Source of the DNA: an uncultured Acidobacteriota bacterium
GTDB lineage: Bacteria; Acidobacteriota; UBA6911
Length of the DNA stretch: 64,000 nucleotides
Reading direction: 5' to 3'
Assembly (NCBI GenBank): GCA_963827655.1
Contig: CAWHCF010000046.1
Span: 32,001 to 96,000, forward strand
Program-made: the position numbers and the translations under genes
The notes under the pieces: model-generated
The model's input: the letters and a program-made list of their open reading frames with translations, nothing else
Told to the model about the DNA's origin: nothing
Database searches by the model: none
Shown: positions 9,188-18,702 of the stretch, piece by piece
Position numbering within the stretch: the first letter of the stretch is position 1
Layout of the letters: each line of letters opens with the position of its first letter

Positions 9188-12100
9188 ATGGACACTCGTA
9201 CGGTGTTCGCTTCCGTCGTCTGCCTCCTGTTTTCCACCTTCAGTCTTCTCGGCCAAACCAGCGCCGGCCTCACCGGCACCCTGACCGATGCCACCGGCGC
9301 CGTGGTACCCGGCGCGCGCGTCGCCCTCACCCACGCGGAGACTGGCGTCCGCCGCAACACGGTCTCGAACGATGCCGGCCTTTATCAATTCCCGCTCCTC
9401 CCGCCCGGCGACTACTCCATCGCGGTCGAGAAGGAAGGATTCAAGCAGCTCACACGCGAAGGCATCCGGCTCGAGGTCAACCAGACTGCGCGCATCGACT
9501 TTACCATGCAGCTCGGCGATGTCACCGAGACCGTTAACGTCACCGCGTCGGCCCCGCTGCTGGAGTCGTCAACCTCGTCCATAGGCGCCGTTATCGAGAC
9601 CAGGGCCGTGAGCGACCTTCCGCTCAACGGCCGCAATTTCGTCCAGCTCGCCATCCTTTCGCCCGGCGTTACCGGCGTCGGTTATGCCGCGACCGGCACC
9701 ATCGGCAGCGGCACCCGTCCGGACGACATGCGTCCCGGCACGGAGCTTTTCTCCAACGGCAACCGCGAGCAGTCGAATAACTTTCTCCTGGACGGCGTCG
9801 ACAACAATTTCCGGCGCAACGGCCTCATCACCCTCCGCCCCTCTGTCGAATCGATACGCGAGTTCAAGATCCAGACCAACCTGTTCGCGGCCGAGCAGGG
9901 CCGCAATCCCGGCGCCACCGTCAACGTCATCACGAAGTCCGGCACCAACGAGTTTCACGGCAGCGCCTACGAGTTCTTTCGCAATGATGTTCTCGATGCC
10001 CGTGACTTCTTCAATGAAAAGCGCGAAGGAGTGCGCAAGCCCCCCTTCCAGCAGAACCAGTTTGGCGCCAGCCTGGGCGGTCCTCTCGTGCGCAACCGCG
10101 CATTCTTTTTCGTGAACTATGAAGGCTTCCGCCGCCGCCGCGGCACCACCACCGTGATCGCTACCGTCCCGACCGAGCGCATGCGCCGCGGGGACTTCTC
10201 CGAGACCCGCGACATTTTCGATCCCTTCAGCACCGTGGCGGCTCCCGGCACCGCAAGCGGCTTCACCCGGACTCCCTTCCCCGAGCGCCAGATTCCGGCC
10301 AGCCGCTTCGACTCGGTTACCAGCCGCCTCATCCAGGGCTATCCGCTTCCCAACCTCCCCGGCCTGGCCAATAACTATGCCACCAATCCCAAGCACATCC
10401 AGGATTGGGACCAGGGGGACGCCCGCGTGGATTGGAACGTCGGTTCGTCGACCAATATCTTCGCCCGCTATTCGCGGCAGGACACCTTCACCCAGCCGCC
10501 CTCGACTTTTGGCCTGCGAGAGGTCCCTGGGGTCGATGTCCCGCTCAGCCTGGGCGCCGACGGCACCTTCGCCGGCGATTCCAATCTCATCGCCCATCAC
10601 GCCGTTCTGTCCGGCACCCACGCGTTCAGCCCAACACTTCTCCTGGATGCCCGGATGGGTTACGGCCGCTTCAATCTCCGCCATTTGAAAGTCGGCGCCG
10701 AGGAGGGCGCGAAGCTGGGCGAGAAGCTCGGCGTCCCCAACTCCAACCAGGGCCCGTTCTCGGATGGCGTCCCGATTGTCGCGCCGGCCAACTACACGGG
10801 CATCGGAGGGCCGCAATCGCTCCCGACCATCCGCGTGGAGAATACCTTTAACCCGAACGTCAGCCTGACAAAGATCAGCGGGACCCATACGCTCAAATAT
10901 GGGGTCAACGTGGTCCGGCGCCATATCGTCGACTTCCAGACCAACCGCGGCGACGGCCGCTTCAACTTCGACCGCAACTTTACGACCAATCCCAACAGCA
11001 CCGGCAACACGGGCGACTCCATGGCGAGCTTCCTGCTCGGAACCGCCTCCGCCATCGAGCAGGATTTCCTGCTCGTCTGGGCCGGCATGCGCACGCTGGA
11101 AATCGGCTCTTACATTCAGGACGACTGGAAGGTAAGCTCCCGCCTGACCCTTAATCTCGGTTTGCGTTACGAGTACACGCCGCCGCCGGTCGAGGTCGCC
11201 GACCGCTGGGCTAATTTCGATATCCGCACAGGCAAGATGCTGATCGCGGGCTTCAACTCGGACCGGCAGGCGGGCGTCGAACCCGATAACAACAATGTCG
11301 CGCCCCGGTTCGGATTCGCCTTTCAGCTCCGGCGCACGACCGTCATTCGCGGCGGCTTCGGCATCTTCCACAACACCCAGGGGAACGGCGCCGCGCTCTT
11401 CCGCCTCCATCGACATCTCCCGTTCGGCCCCATTAATGTTGAGGATATCGACCAGTTCTCCGCCAACCCCCGCCGCGTGCAGGCCGGCTTCCGCCCGATT
11501 CCGCCGCTCGATTTCGAGACCGTCACTACGAATCCCGCCGGCAGCTTCAACGCCATTCCGCCCAATTACAAGACGGGCTACGCCCAGCAGTTCAACTTCG
11601 GGATCCAGCAAGAGATTCCGGCGTGGGACGTGGTCGCGAAGGTGTCGTACGTCGGCAACCTCGCTCGCCAGGTCGACTCCACCTACAATATCAACGCGCC
11701 GGACCCCGGCCCCGGCACGCCCGCCAGCCGCCGCCCGCTGCGCGACATTGCTCCCGGAGTGGTCAACGTCACCTGGGGCGACACGACGGGCAACTCGAAC
11801 TATCACGCGCTTCAGGTTGCGGGCGAAAGGCGTTTCTCGGGCGGCCTCGGCTTCCTGAGCTCGTACACGTACGCGCACTCGATCGACAACGTCCCGCTCC
11901 AGCAGGGCGGCGGCGCGGACGGTCCGATCCCCCAGGACATCCGTTACCGCTTCCTGGATCGCGCCTCGAGCGCGTTCGACATCCGCCACCAGTTCACCCA
12001 GAGCTTGAATTACACCTTGCCGGTCGGCGCCGGGCAGCGCTACGACCTGGGCCGCGGCTGGGCCAACCAGGCTTTTGGCGGCTGGCAGGTGAACCTGATT

Positions 12101-12526
12101 GTATTCACGCGCTCCGGCCTGCCATTCACTCCGACTCTGGCGACTTCGGTTTCAAACGCCGGGGGCAGCCGCCCCGATCGCCTGAAACAGGGCGATCTCG
12201 AGGTGCGCGAGGTCACGCGCTGGTTCGACACTTCCTTCAACACCGCCGACGCCGCCTGGGCTACCCCCAGACAGTTCACTTACGGCAACTCGGGCCGCAA
12301 CGTTCTCAGCGGCCCGGGCCGGACCAACGTCGATTTCTCGGTGTTCAAGGAATTCTCGCTTACAGAGACCGCGCGGCTTCAGTTCCGTGCCGAGTTCTTC
12401 AACCTGTTCAACCACCCTCAGTTCGATCTGCCGAACTCCTCCATCGGCAGCCCAAGCGCCGGACGCATTTCGAGCACCGTGGGAACCCCGAGGGACATTC
12501 AATTCAGCTTGAGGGTGTCGTTCTGA
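9188..12526 (+). CDS. TonB-dependent receptor, Oar-like
   Basis: GTLTDATGAVVPG; LPLNGRNF; TKSGTNEFHG; NLGLRYE; C-terminal QFSLRVSF. Confidence 0.93.
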   Translation: MDTRTVFASVVCLLFSTFSLLGQTSAGLTGTLTDATGAVVPGARVALTHAETGVRRNTVSNDAGLYQFPLLPPGDYSIAVEKEGFKQLTREGIRLEVNQTARIDFTMQLGDVTETVNVTASAPLLESSTSSIGAVIETRAVSDLPLNGRNFVQLAILSPGVTGVGYAATGTIGSGTRPDDMRPGTELFSNGNREQSNNFLLDGVDNNFRRNGLITLRPSVESIREFKIQTNLFAAEQGRNPGATVNVITKSGTNEFHGSAYEFFRNDVLDARDFFNEKREGVRKPPFQQNQFGASLGGPLVRNRAFFFVNYEGFRRRRGTTTVIATVPTERMRRGDFSETRDIFDPFSTVAAPGTASGFTRTPFPERQIPASRFDSVTSRLIQGYPLPNLPGLANNYATNPKHIQDWDQGDARVDWNVGSSTNIFARYSRQDTFTQPPSTFGLREVPGVDVPLSLGADGTFAGDSNLIAHHAVLSGTHAFSPTLLLDARMGYGRFNLRHLKVGAEEGAKLGEKLGVPNSNQGPFSDGVPIVAPANYTGIGGPQSLPTIRVENTFNPNVSLTKISGTHTLKYGVNVVRRHIVDFQTNRGDGRFNFDRNFTTNPNSTGNTGDSMASFLLGTASAIEQDFLLVWAGMRTLEIGSYIQDDWKVSSRLTLNLGLRYEYTPPPVEVADRWANFDIRTGKMLIAGFNSDRQAGVEPDNNNVAPRFGFAFQLRRTTVIRGGFGIFHNTQGNGAALFRLHRHLPFGPINVEDIDQFSANPRRVQAGFRPIPPLDFETVTTNPAGSFNAIPPNYKTGYAQQFNFGIQQEIPAWDVVAKVSYVGNLARQVDSTYNINAPDPGPGTPASRRPLRDIAPGVVNVTWGDTTGNSNYHALQVAGERRFSGGLGFLSSYTYAHSIDNVPLQQGGGADGPIPQDIRYRFLDRASSAFDIRHQFTQSLNYTLPVGAGQRYDLGRGWANQAFGGWQVNLIVFTRSGLPFTPTLATSVSNAGGSRPDRLKQGDLEVREVTRWFDTSFNTADAAWATPRQFTYGNSGRNVLSGPGRTNVDFSVFKEFSLTETARLQFRAEFFNLFNHPQFDLPNSSIGSPSAGRISSTVGTPRDIQFSLRVSF

Positions 12527-12563
12527 TTGAAGTGGCGGCAGCCACGGCACCGGATGCGCGGCA

Positions 12564-13826
12564 TCATCGCGCGCGTTCGATGACATGGGCCCGCGTGATT
12601 TTACCGACCGAGCTCGTCCCGGCGTAGCGCATCATCATCTCGAGCTCCCGCGCAAGGATGTCGAGAATTGCCTCGACACCCTCCTGACCGAACGCGGCCA
12701 GGCCCCACAGGTAGGGTCGCGCCATGCAAACCGCCTTGGCCCCAAGGGCCAGGGCCTTGAAGATGTCGGTTCCGCGGCGGAAGCCTCCGTCGACCAGCAC
12801 CGGGATGCGTCCCGCCGCCCCTTCGAGAACCTCGGGCAGGCTCTCGATCGATGAACGCCCGCTTGCCTCCGCGCGGCCGCCGTGGTTGGAGCAGATGATG
12901 CCGTCGGCGCCGTGCATGACCGCCAGCTCGGCATCCTCGCGGGTAACAATCCCCTTGATCACGAGCTTCATCGGCGTCGTATCCTTGAGGCGCCGGACAT
13001 AGTCCCAGGTGATGTTCGACGGCTGGAAACGGACCCCTTTGAGATCCAGCCCCTCGAACATAGGCTTGCGCTGGACCGAAGACTGCATGCTGCTCCGGTC
13101 GTGACAGACGTTGCACTCCCGCTTGTCTTCCCTTTGAAAGAGCTTCAGCGTCTCGCGGTTGGTTCCGCCGAGCTGATCCACCGTCAGGACCAGGACGGGG
13201 CACCCTGCGGCTTCGGCGCGTTTCACCATCGTGCGGCTGACGTTCCACTCGGAGGCGGCATAGAGTTGGTACCACACCGGCTCGCCGCGCGCCGCTACGA
13301 CATCCTCGACCGAGGTGGTGGTCGTGGTCGAAAGAATCTGCAGGTGTCCTTTCGAGCGGGCCGCCCGCGCCACCGCCAGCTCGCCTTCGGGATGAAAAGC
13401 CCGCTGGGACCCGGCGGGGTCGAGGACGACCGGGGTCTTCCAGGTGGTTCCGAACAGTTGAACGGCCATGTCGATCTTGCTGACGTCGATCAGCCGGCGT
13501 ACCCGGATCTCATACCGCGTGAATCCGTCGCGGTTGGCCCGCAGGGTCGCGTCGTCGTCGACGCCGGTCGTGAGATAGCCGAAGTGCGCCGGGGGGAGCT
13601 TCCGCCGTGCCACGGGCTCGAACTCGAAGACGTTGATCGCGTCCTTCGGCGACGAGATCACGTCTTCACTCTGTTCGAGCGATTCGAGAAGTGCGGGCAA
13701 GCTCAAGGTGGGTTCGCCGCGCCCGGGAGTGGGGACAATCCCGGCCATGGCAGAGGCCGCGACGGCGGGACTTCCGCCCAGCAACCTCAAGAACGCTCGT
13801 CTGCTACCCTCGTGACAGAACCGCAT
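12564..13826 (-). CDS. FMN-dependent alpha-hydroxy-acid oxidase/dehydrogenase with Tat signal and internal CxxCH
   Basis: SRRAFLRLLG Tat motif; WYQLY, VLTVD, VIKG, SNHGGR, DGGFRRGTDIFKALALGA; CNVCH at 13101-13115; RBS aggag before ATG 13826. Confidence 0.9.
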   Translation of the reverse strand: MRFCHEGSRRAFLRLLGGSPAVAASAMAGIVPTPGRGEPTLSLPALLESLEQSEDVISSPKDAINVFEFEPVARRKLPPAHFGYLTTGVDDDATLRANRDGFTRYEIRVRRLIDVSKIDMAVQLFGTTWKTPVVLDPAGSQRAFHPEGELAVARAARSKGHLQILSTTTTTSVEDVVAARGEPVWYQLYAASEWNVSRTMVKRAEAAGCPVLVLTVDQLGGTNRETLKLFQREDKRECNVCHDRSSMQSSVQRKPMFEGLDLKGVRFQPSNITWDYVRRLKDTTPMKLVIKGIVTREDAELAVMHGADGIICSNHGGRAEASGRSSIESLPEVLEGAAGRIPVLVDGGFRRGTDIFKALALGAKAVCMARPYLWGLAAFGQEGVEAILDILARELEMMMRYAGTSSVGKITRAHVIERAR

Positions 13827-13894
13827 GGCAGGTCTCCTTTGATTGGCGTGATGATACGAGGGCCGCCGCCCGGCATCAAGCAAGTTCTGTCGTG

Positions 13895-13985
13895 TTAGCG
13901 TTTCTTCGGGTCCTTGGGTCTTGGCGGTATTTGTTAGACAGCTCTAGCCACGAAGACGCGAAGGCACGAAGAAACACCAAGAAAC
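13895..13985. repeat. Inverted pair of 8-nt-period repeats (reverse then forward, 16-bp spacer)
   Basis: tttcttcgggtccttgggtcttggcggtat ... gccacgaagacgcgaaggcacgaagaaacaccaag. Confidence 0.85.
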
Positions 13986-14021
13986 CTGTCGAAAAAGCGA
14001 GTCAACGATGGAGCGCGGATG

Positions 14022-14062
14022 TTGACAAAGGCAGGGCCTTACTGTACACATAAACTGTACAC
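14022..14062 (+). promoter_or_regulatory. TA operon promoter/operator: TTGACA -35 plus two TGTACA palindromes
   Basis: ttgaca at 14022; actgtacac repeated at 14041 and 14054; TGTACA is the known YefM-type operator core. Confidence 0.65.
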
Positions 14063-14085
14063 CAAAAGGCCGCTCAGGAAAAAGA

Positions 14086-14382
14086 ATGGCTAAGGAAACG
14101 ATTCTCTCATTCGTTGAGGCGCGCGCCAACTTGAGTGAGATTGTTGACAATGTGAGTGAGCACGGACAGACCTACGTCATCTCCAAGAGGGATAAGCCCG
14201 TTGCCGTCATCGTTGGGATGAAAAGATACAAGGAGATGACAACTGCCGGTAAATATCTGAAGAATTTTCAGGGCAAGCGGATTCTAAAGCTCAGGGGCAT
14301 AGCGACGGCTGTCGGCGACATGGACCAGGCCATTAAGAATCTAAGAAAATCCAGGATCGAGTCTTTGACGCGTTCCCTTTAA
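14086..14382 (+). CDS. Type II antitoxin, Phd/YefM family
   Basis: SFVEARANLSEIVDNV...YVISKRDKPVAVIV; directly abuts a PIN toxin gene. Confidence 0.88.
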   Translation: MAKETILSFVEARANLSEIVDNVSEHGQTYVISKRDKPVAVIVGMKRYKEMTTAGKYLKNFQGKRILKLRGIATAVGDMDQAIKNLRKSRIESLTRSL

Positions 14383-14784
14383 ATGACGTTTGTCACAGAT
14401 ACCCACCCGTTGGTCTATCATCTCACCGGTCTCAACAGGAAGCTGGGTCGAAGAGCGAAAGCCATTTTTGACCGGGTCGACCGGGGAGTGGACAGTCTCC
14501 TGGTTCCTTTCACCGTGTTGGAAGAAATAATGCTACTCTCGGAAGCGGGGAAAATCCGGCTTCGCATTCCCTTCAGGGAACTGCTCCTTGCATTGATGCA
14601 AGCAGAGAATTTCAATCTCCGGGAAAACGATGCCGATCTCCTTCTGGAAGCCTGCGCGTTAGTTGGAATCAGAGATCCGTATGACCGGATGATCGTTGCT
14701 CAGGCTAGAGCGACGGGATTTCCGCTGGTGACTGGTGACCAGGAGATCCAGAATTCCAACCTGGTTCGCACCGTTTGGGAATGA
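14383..14784 (+). CDS. vapC: Type II toxin, PIN-domain VapC family
   Basis: FVTDTH, VLEEI, DPYDRMIVAQA, LVTGD acidic PIN residues. Confidence 0.9.
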   Translation: MTFVTDTHPLVYHLTGLNRKLGRRAKAIFDRVDRGVDSLLVPFTVLEEIMLLSEAGKIRLRIPFRELLLALMQAENFNLRENDADLLLEACALVGIRDPYDRMIVAQARATGFPLVTGDQEIQNSNLVRTVWE

Positions 14785-14810
14785 ATCCATGAATTCCTTG
14801 CGTTACCTCT

Positions 14811-15014
14811 CTTCCCTGCTTCGTGCGTCTTCGCGTTCTTTGCGTCCTAGCGGTGACGTGACTCTCTTTCCCTGACGAGCGGCCGCGCTCATAGAATCTC
14901 CGCCTTGATCGGAGTATCGAAGCCGCTACGTCCGCCTCCTACCGGATCTCCGGGTTGATCGTGGTTGGTGCTGTGAAACAAATACCACTGAGACGCGAAG
15001 ACACGAAGAAAAAC
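14811..15014. repeat. Inverted pair of 8-nt-period repeats (reverse 14811-14856, forward 14975-15014)
   Basis: cttcgtgcgtcttcgcgttctttgcgtcctagcggtga ... gaaacaaataccactgagacgcgaagacacgaagaaaaac. Confidence 0.8.
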
Positions 15015-15076
15015 TGGAGCAGCCTTAGACTCAGCCCATGATCTTCTCGGGCGACAAGAACAGAGGACAATTAAAC

Positions 15077-16853
15077 ATGAAAATGGGTCACAAGACGAAT
15101 TACTGTGCGTGGCGTAGCCTCACGCTCCCACTGGTTGCCGGGTTCCTGTTATCAGCGACCGAGCCCGCACCGGCTCAAAGCGGGCAAGCCGCGTCGCCAG
15201 AGGCTGACGTGAGCTACGCGGCGGAACCGGCCGCCGGCAAGCCGGGCGCGGCAGAGACCAGCGAGAGAGAGTGGGATCTACTCAAGGCGCAACTGGCGGC
15301 GCAGCAGGAGCAGATTACTCTGCTCCGCAAGGTGCTGGAAGAGCAGGCGAAGTTGATCGAGCGTGTCCTCCAGACTCAGGCCAATGCGTCAGGCTCATCC
15401 ATCCAGGTTGCCGCCACACAGTCTTTCAGTCCCGCCCGGGCGGCTAGCCGCTCACCCGTGATGCCTTCTCCCGGCCCGGTGCCGACAGCCGGTCCGCTGG
15501 AGCGAAGCGACCAGGAGGCGAGAGCCGAGGAACCCAAGCCTTCTCCCCTTTCGTTCAGGATCGGCACCGTCGACATCACCCCGTTAGGGTTCATGGACTT
15601 CACGGGTGTGATCCGCGACAAGAATGTGGGCAGTGGGATCACCACGAACTTCGGCGCCATCCCATTCAACAATACGGTGAGTGGCAACCTCCGCGAGTAC
15701 CAATTCAGCGCCCAACATTCGCGGCTCGGCCTGCGGTTGGACGCAAGACTGCGCGAAGTGAAGGTGCTCAGCTATCTGGAGACGGATTTTCTCGGCGTCG
15801 TACCCGGTAATGTCGCGGTGACGTCCAACAGCGACACGCAGCGTCTGCGCCTTTTTTGGCTGGATGTTCGGAAGGGCAGGCTCGAGTTCCTGGGCGGGCA
15901 GTCCTGGAGCTTGATGGTGCCGAATCGGAAAGGGCTCTCGCCTCTGCCGGCGGACATTTTCGTAACCCAAGGGTTCGATCCGAATCTGCACGTGGGTTTA
16001 ACCTGGACCCGCAATCCGCAGCTTCGCTTTGTCTATCATCCCAGCGAGACCGTTGCGCTGGGGTTGTCGGTGGAAGCCTCGGAACAATTTGCCGGCGGCG
16101 CCAGCGGATCCGGAGAGATCATCTTGCCTTCGCAGCTTGCCCCTCACTACGGCTCCCAGCTGAACACGGGCACGGATAACTTCGCTACGCCCAACCCTCA
16201 TCAAGACATCATCGCGAAGATCGCGTTCGATCCCAAGGTGGGAAATCGGTCGCTTCACTTCGAAGTGGGTGGAGTCTTGACCCGGTTTGCTTTCTTTAAT
16301 CCGGTCAGCAACCAACACTTTAATGCGGCTGGCGGTGGCGGGTCGTTCAATTTCAACGTCGAGCTGGTGAAGAACCTTCGTCTGGTCGTCAATACTTTCT
16401 ACAGCAGTGGCGCAGGCCGATACATCTTCGGCCTGGGGCCGGACGTGATTATCCAGGGCGATGGCAGTCCTTCGCTTGTGCACTCGGCCTCGACCTTGAA
16501 CGGGTTTGAGTATCAAGCCACGCCGAAGACGGGGTTCTTCGCCTACTACGGCGGCGCTTACTTCCAGAAGAACGTCGCCATTGACCCAGCCAACGGCCAG
16601 CCGGTTGGCTTTGGCTACAGCGGATCTCCGTCGAACCACAATCGCTTAATTCATGCAAGGGACGTTCGGCTTCGCGCATACGTTTTGGCGCGATCCCAGC
16701 TATGGAGGCCTGCAGTTGGGAATGCAGTACTCCTACCTGGTTCGTCATCCCTGGTACGTGGCGCCGGACCAGCCGGGCAGTGCGTACCTGAATATGCTGT
16801 ATCTAAGCCTCAGGTATTTTTTGCCCGGCGCTCCGCCGGCTGCGCAGAAATAG
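15077..16853 (+). CDS. Outer-membrane porin-like protein (DcaP-like, N-terminal coiled coil); frameshift near 16655
   Basis: Signal peptide; coiled coil LKAQLAAQQEQI; FSAQHSRLG; YLETDF; RLRLFW; true C-terminus in the 16653-16853 frame (LGMQYSYL..LSLRYFLP). Confidence 0.7.
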
Positions 16854-16958
16854 AGAATGACCCGAGAGGAGCAGTGGGATCTGCACGGCCTGCTGCAGAA
16901 GGGCTTTACTGCCACAGTTTCTTCGGTGTTAAGATCTATCATGCCCAGGCAACCCGAC

Positions 16959-18674
16959 ATGAATTACTTGCGTCACTTCTCTTTCCTGCTTCGCGCGTCT
17001 TGGCGTCTTTGCATCTTCGCGGTGGCTTTCGCTTTCATGCACTCCGCGATCGTTCTCTCGAGATCGCAAGAAACCAGGCAGACCCAGGATTCGGCGGGCT
17101 ACGATCTGCTCATCCGTGACGGCCGCATCGTTGATGGGACGGGCGCGCCCTGGTTCAGCGCGGATGTGGGGATCCGGAAGGGGCGCATTGCAGCGATGGG
17201 ACGGCTCGCCGGGGCGCAAGCGACCCGGATCATCGACGCCAAGCGTCTGGTGGTCGCGCCCGGCTTCATCGACATGATGGGACAGACCGCCGCGCCCTTT
17301 TTGCGTGATCGCGACTCAGGCTTCAATCTCCTGACCCAGGGGATCACGACCATCAATGCCGGCGAGGGCCGCTCGGACGCCCCGCTGGGCGAGCCGGAGG
17401 GAGGCAAGGCGGGCTGGCGGACGATGCGCGAGTTCTTTGCCTTGCTGGAAAAGGCCGGCATGCCGATAAACATGGTGCAGACGGTCGGCCACACGCAGGT
17501 GCGAGCCATTGTCGTCGGCCTGGAGGACCGTCGCGCCTCGTCCGAAGAGATGGAGCGCATGAAGACCCTCGTGCGCGAGGCCATGGAGGCGGGTGCCATC
17601 GGCCTTTCGACTTCGCTCATCTATCCGCCCGCGGTCTACGCGCCCGAAGAGGAAATTGCAGAACTGACGAGGATTGCGGGCGAGTATGGCGGCCGGTATT
17701 TCACGCATATGCGCAACGAAGGCGATGGACTGCTGGAGGCTGTGGAGGAAGCGCTGCGGATCGGCCGGGCGGCAGGCACTCCCGTGCACATCTACCATCT
17801 AAAGACGGCCGGGCAAGCCAACTGGGGAAAGATGGACCAGGCGATCGCGCGCATCAAGGCCGCGCGCGCAGCCGGTCAGGAGGTGGGCGCGGACGTCTAT
17901 CCCTACATCAACAACGGCCTCGGGATTCGGGCGCTCATCCATCCGCGGCACTCCGCCAAAGGGCCGGCGGATCTGCTGCGTCGTCTTGGGGACCCCCAGA
18001 TTCGCGCCGAAATGCGCCAGGAGATGGAAACCGGCACCGGTTGGGAGAATTGGTTCGCGCACGCCGGGCACGACTGGGATCGCATCGTGCTGGGAAATAT
18101 CGGCGACCCCGCCTACGCCGGGCACAACGGCAAGTCACTCGGTGAGATTGCCCGGCTGGTCCAGCAGGATCCCTGGGATGTTTTCTTCGCCGTCGTCCGC
18201 GCCGGCGCTTTCGCCATGCCCCAGACTATGTCGGAAGGCAACAAGATCAAGGCGATTCAGCAGGAGTTCGTCTCGTTTGATACCGACGTCGGACCGGCAG
18301 CGGGTTCCATGAGCTCGAATGCCAGCCATCCCCGTTCCCACGGCGCCTTCCCGCGGGTGCTGGCCCGCTATGTCCGCGAACTGGGCGTCCTGTCGCTCGA
18401 GGCGGCCATCCATCGCATGACCGCGGTAGCCGCCAATGAGATCATGGCGTTCGATCGTGGCAGGCTCGCGCCGGGTCTGGCGGCGGATATCGTGATCTTT
18501 GATTCCAGCATGATTCGAGATCGGGCCACTTTCGGGGAGCCTGCGTTGCCATCCGAGGGAGTAAAACACGTGATCGTCAATGGCGCGCTGGTGCTCGAGG
18601 ACGGAAAGTACACGGGGGCCACGCCCGGCCAGGTGCTGCGCGGGCCGGGCTACCGCCACACGGGGGCCCGTTGA
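16959..18674 (+). CDS. N-acyl-D-amino-acid deacylase (D-aminoacylase)-like amidohydrolase; start uncertain
   Basis: DLLIRDGRIVDGTG; VAPGFID; GAIGLSTSLIYPP; THMR; HPRSHGAFPRVL; DRGRLAPGLAADIVIFD. Confidence 0.88.
   Translation: MNYLRHFSFLLRASWRLCIFAVAFAFMHSAIVLSRSQETRQTQDSAGYDLLIRDGRIVDGTGAPWFSADVGIRKGRIAAMGRLAGAQATRIIDAKRLVVAPGFIDMMGQTAAPFLRDRDSGFNLLTQGITTINAGEGRSDAPLGEPEGGKAGWRTMREFFALLEKAGMPINMVQTVGHTQVRAIVVGLEDRRASSEEMERMKTLVREAMEAGAIGLSTSLIYPPAVYAPEEEIAELTRIAGEYGGRYFTHMRNEGDGLLEAVEEALRIGRAAGTPVHIYHLKTAGQANWGKMDQAIARIKAARAAGQEVGADVYPYINNGLGIRALIHPRHSAKGPADLLRRLGDPQIRAEMRQEMETGTGWENWFAHAGHDWDRIVLGNIGDPAYAGHNGKSLGEIARLVQQDPWDVFFAVVRAGAFAMPQTMSEGNKIKAIQQEFVSFDTDVGPAAGSMSSNASHPRSHGAFPRVLARYVRELGVLSLEAAIHRMTAVAANEIMAFDRGRLAPGLAADIVIFDSSMIRDRATFGEPALPSEGVKHVIVNGALVLEDGKYTGATPGQVLRGPGYRHTGAR
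16981..17025 (-). repeat. 8-nt-period repeat (reverse copy) overlapping the putative signal-peptide coding region
   Basis: ctttcctgcttcgcgcgtcttggcgtctttgcatcttcgcggtgg resembles 14811-14856. Confidence 0.7.
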
Positions 18675-18702
18675 CATTTCTTTGCGTCTTTGCGGTTTGT
18701 TC

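Noticed and set aside
9569-11989. 806-aa antisense ORF (and similar long shadow ORFs at 28095, 46435 and 12882)
   Set aside because: They lie opposite well-supported genes, as expected from GC-rich codon bias, and show no recognisable motifs
9102-17025. Classical integron with attC sites
   Set aside because: No intI, no RYYYAAC...GTTRRRY boxes, and cargo genes are in mixed orientation
16655-17119. C-terminal extension of ORF 15038..17119
   Set aside because: Out-of-frame read-through after an indel; the porin-like C-terminus is in the 16653-16853 frame
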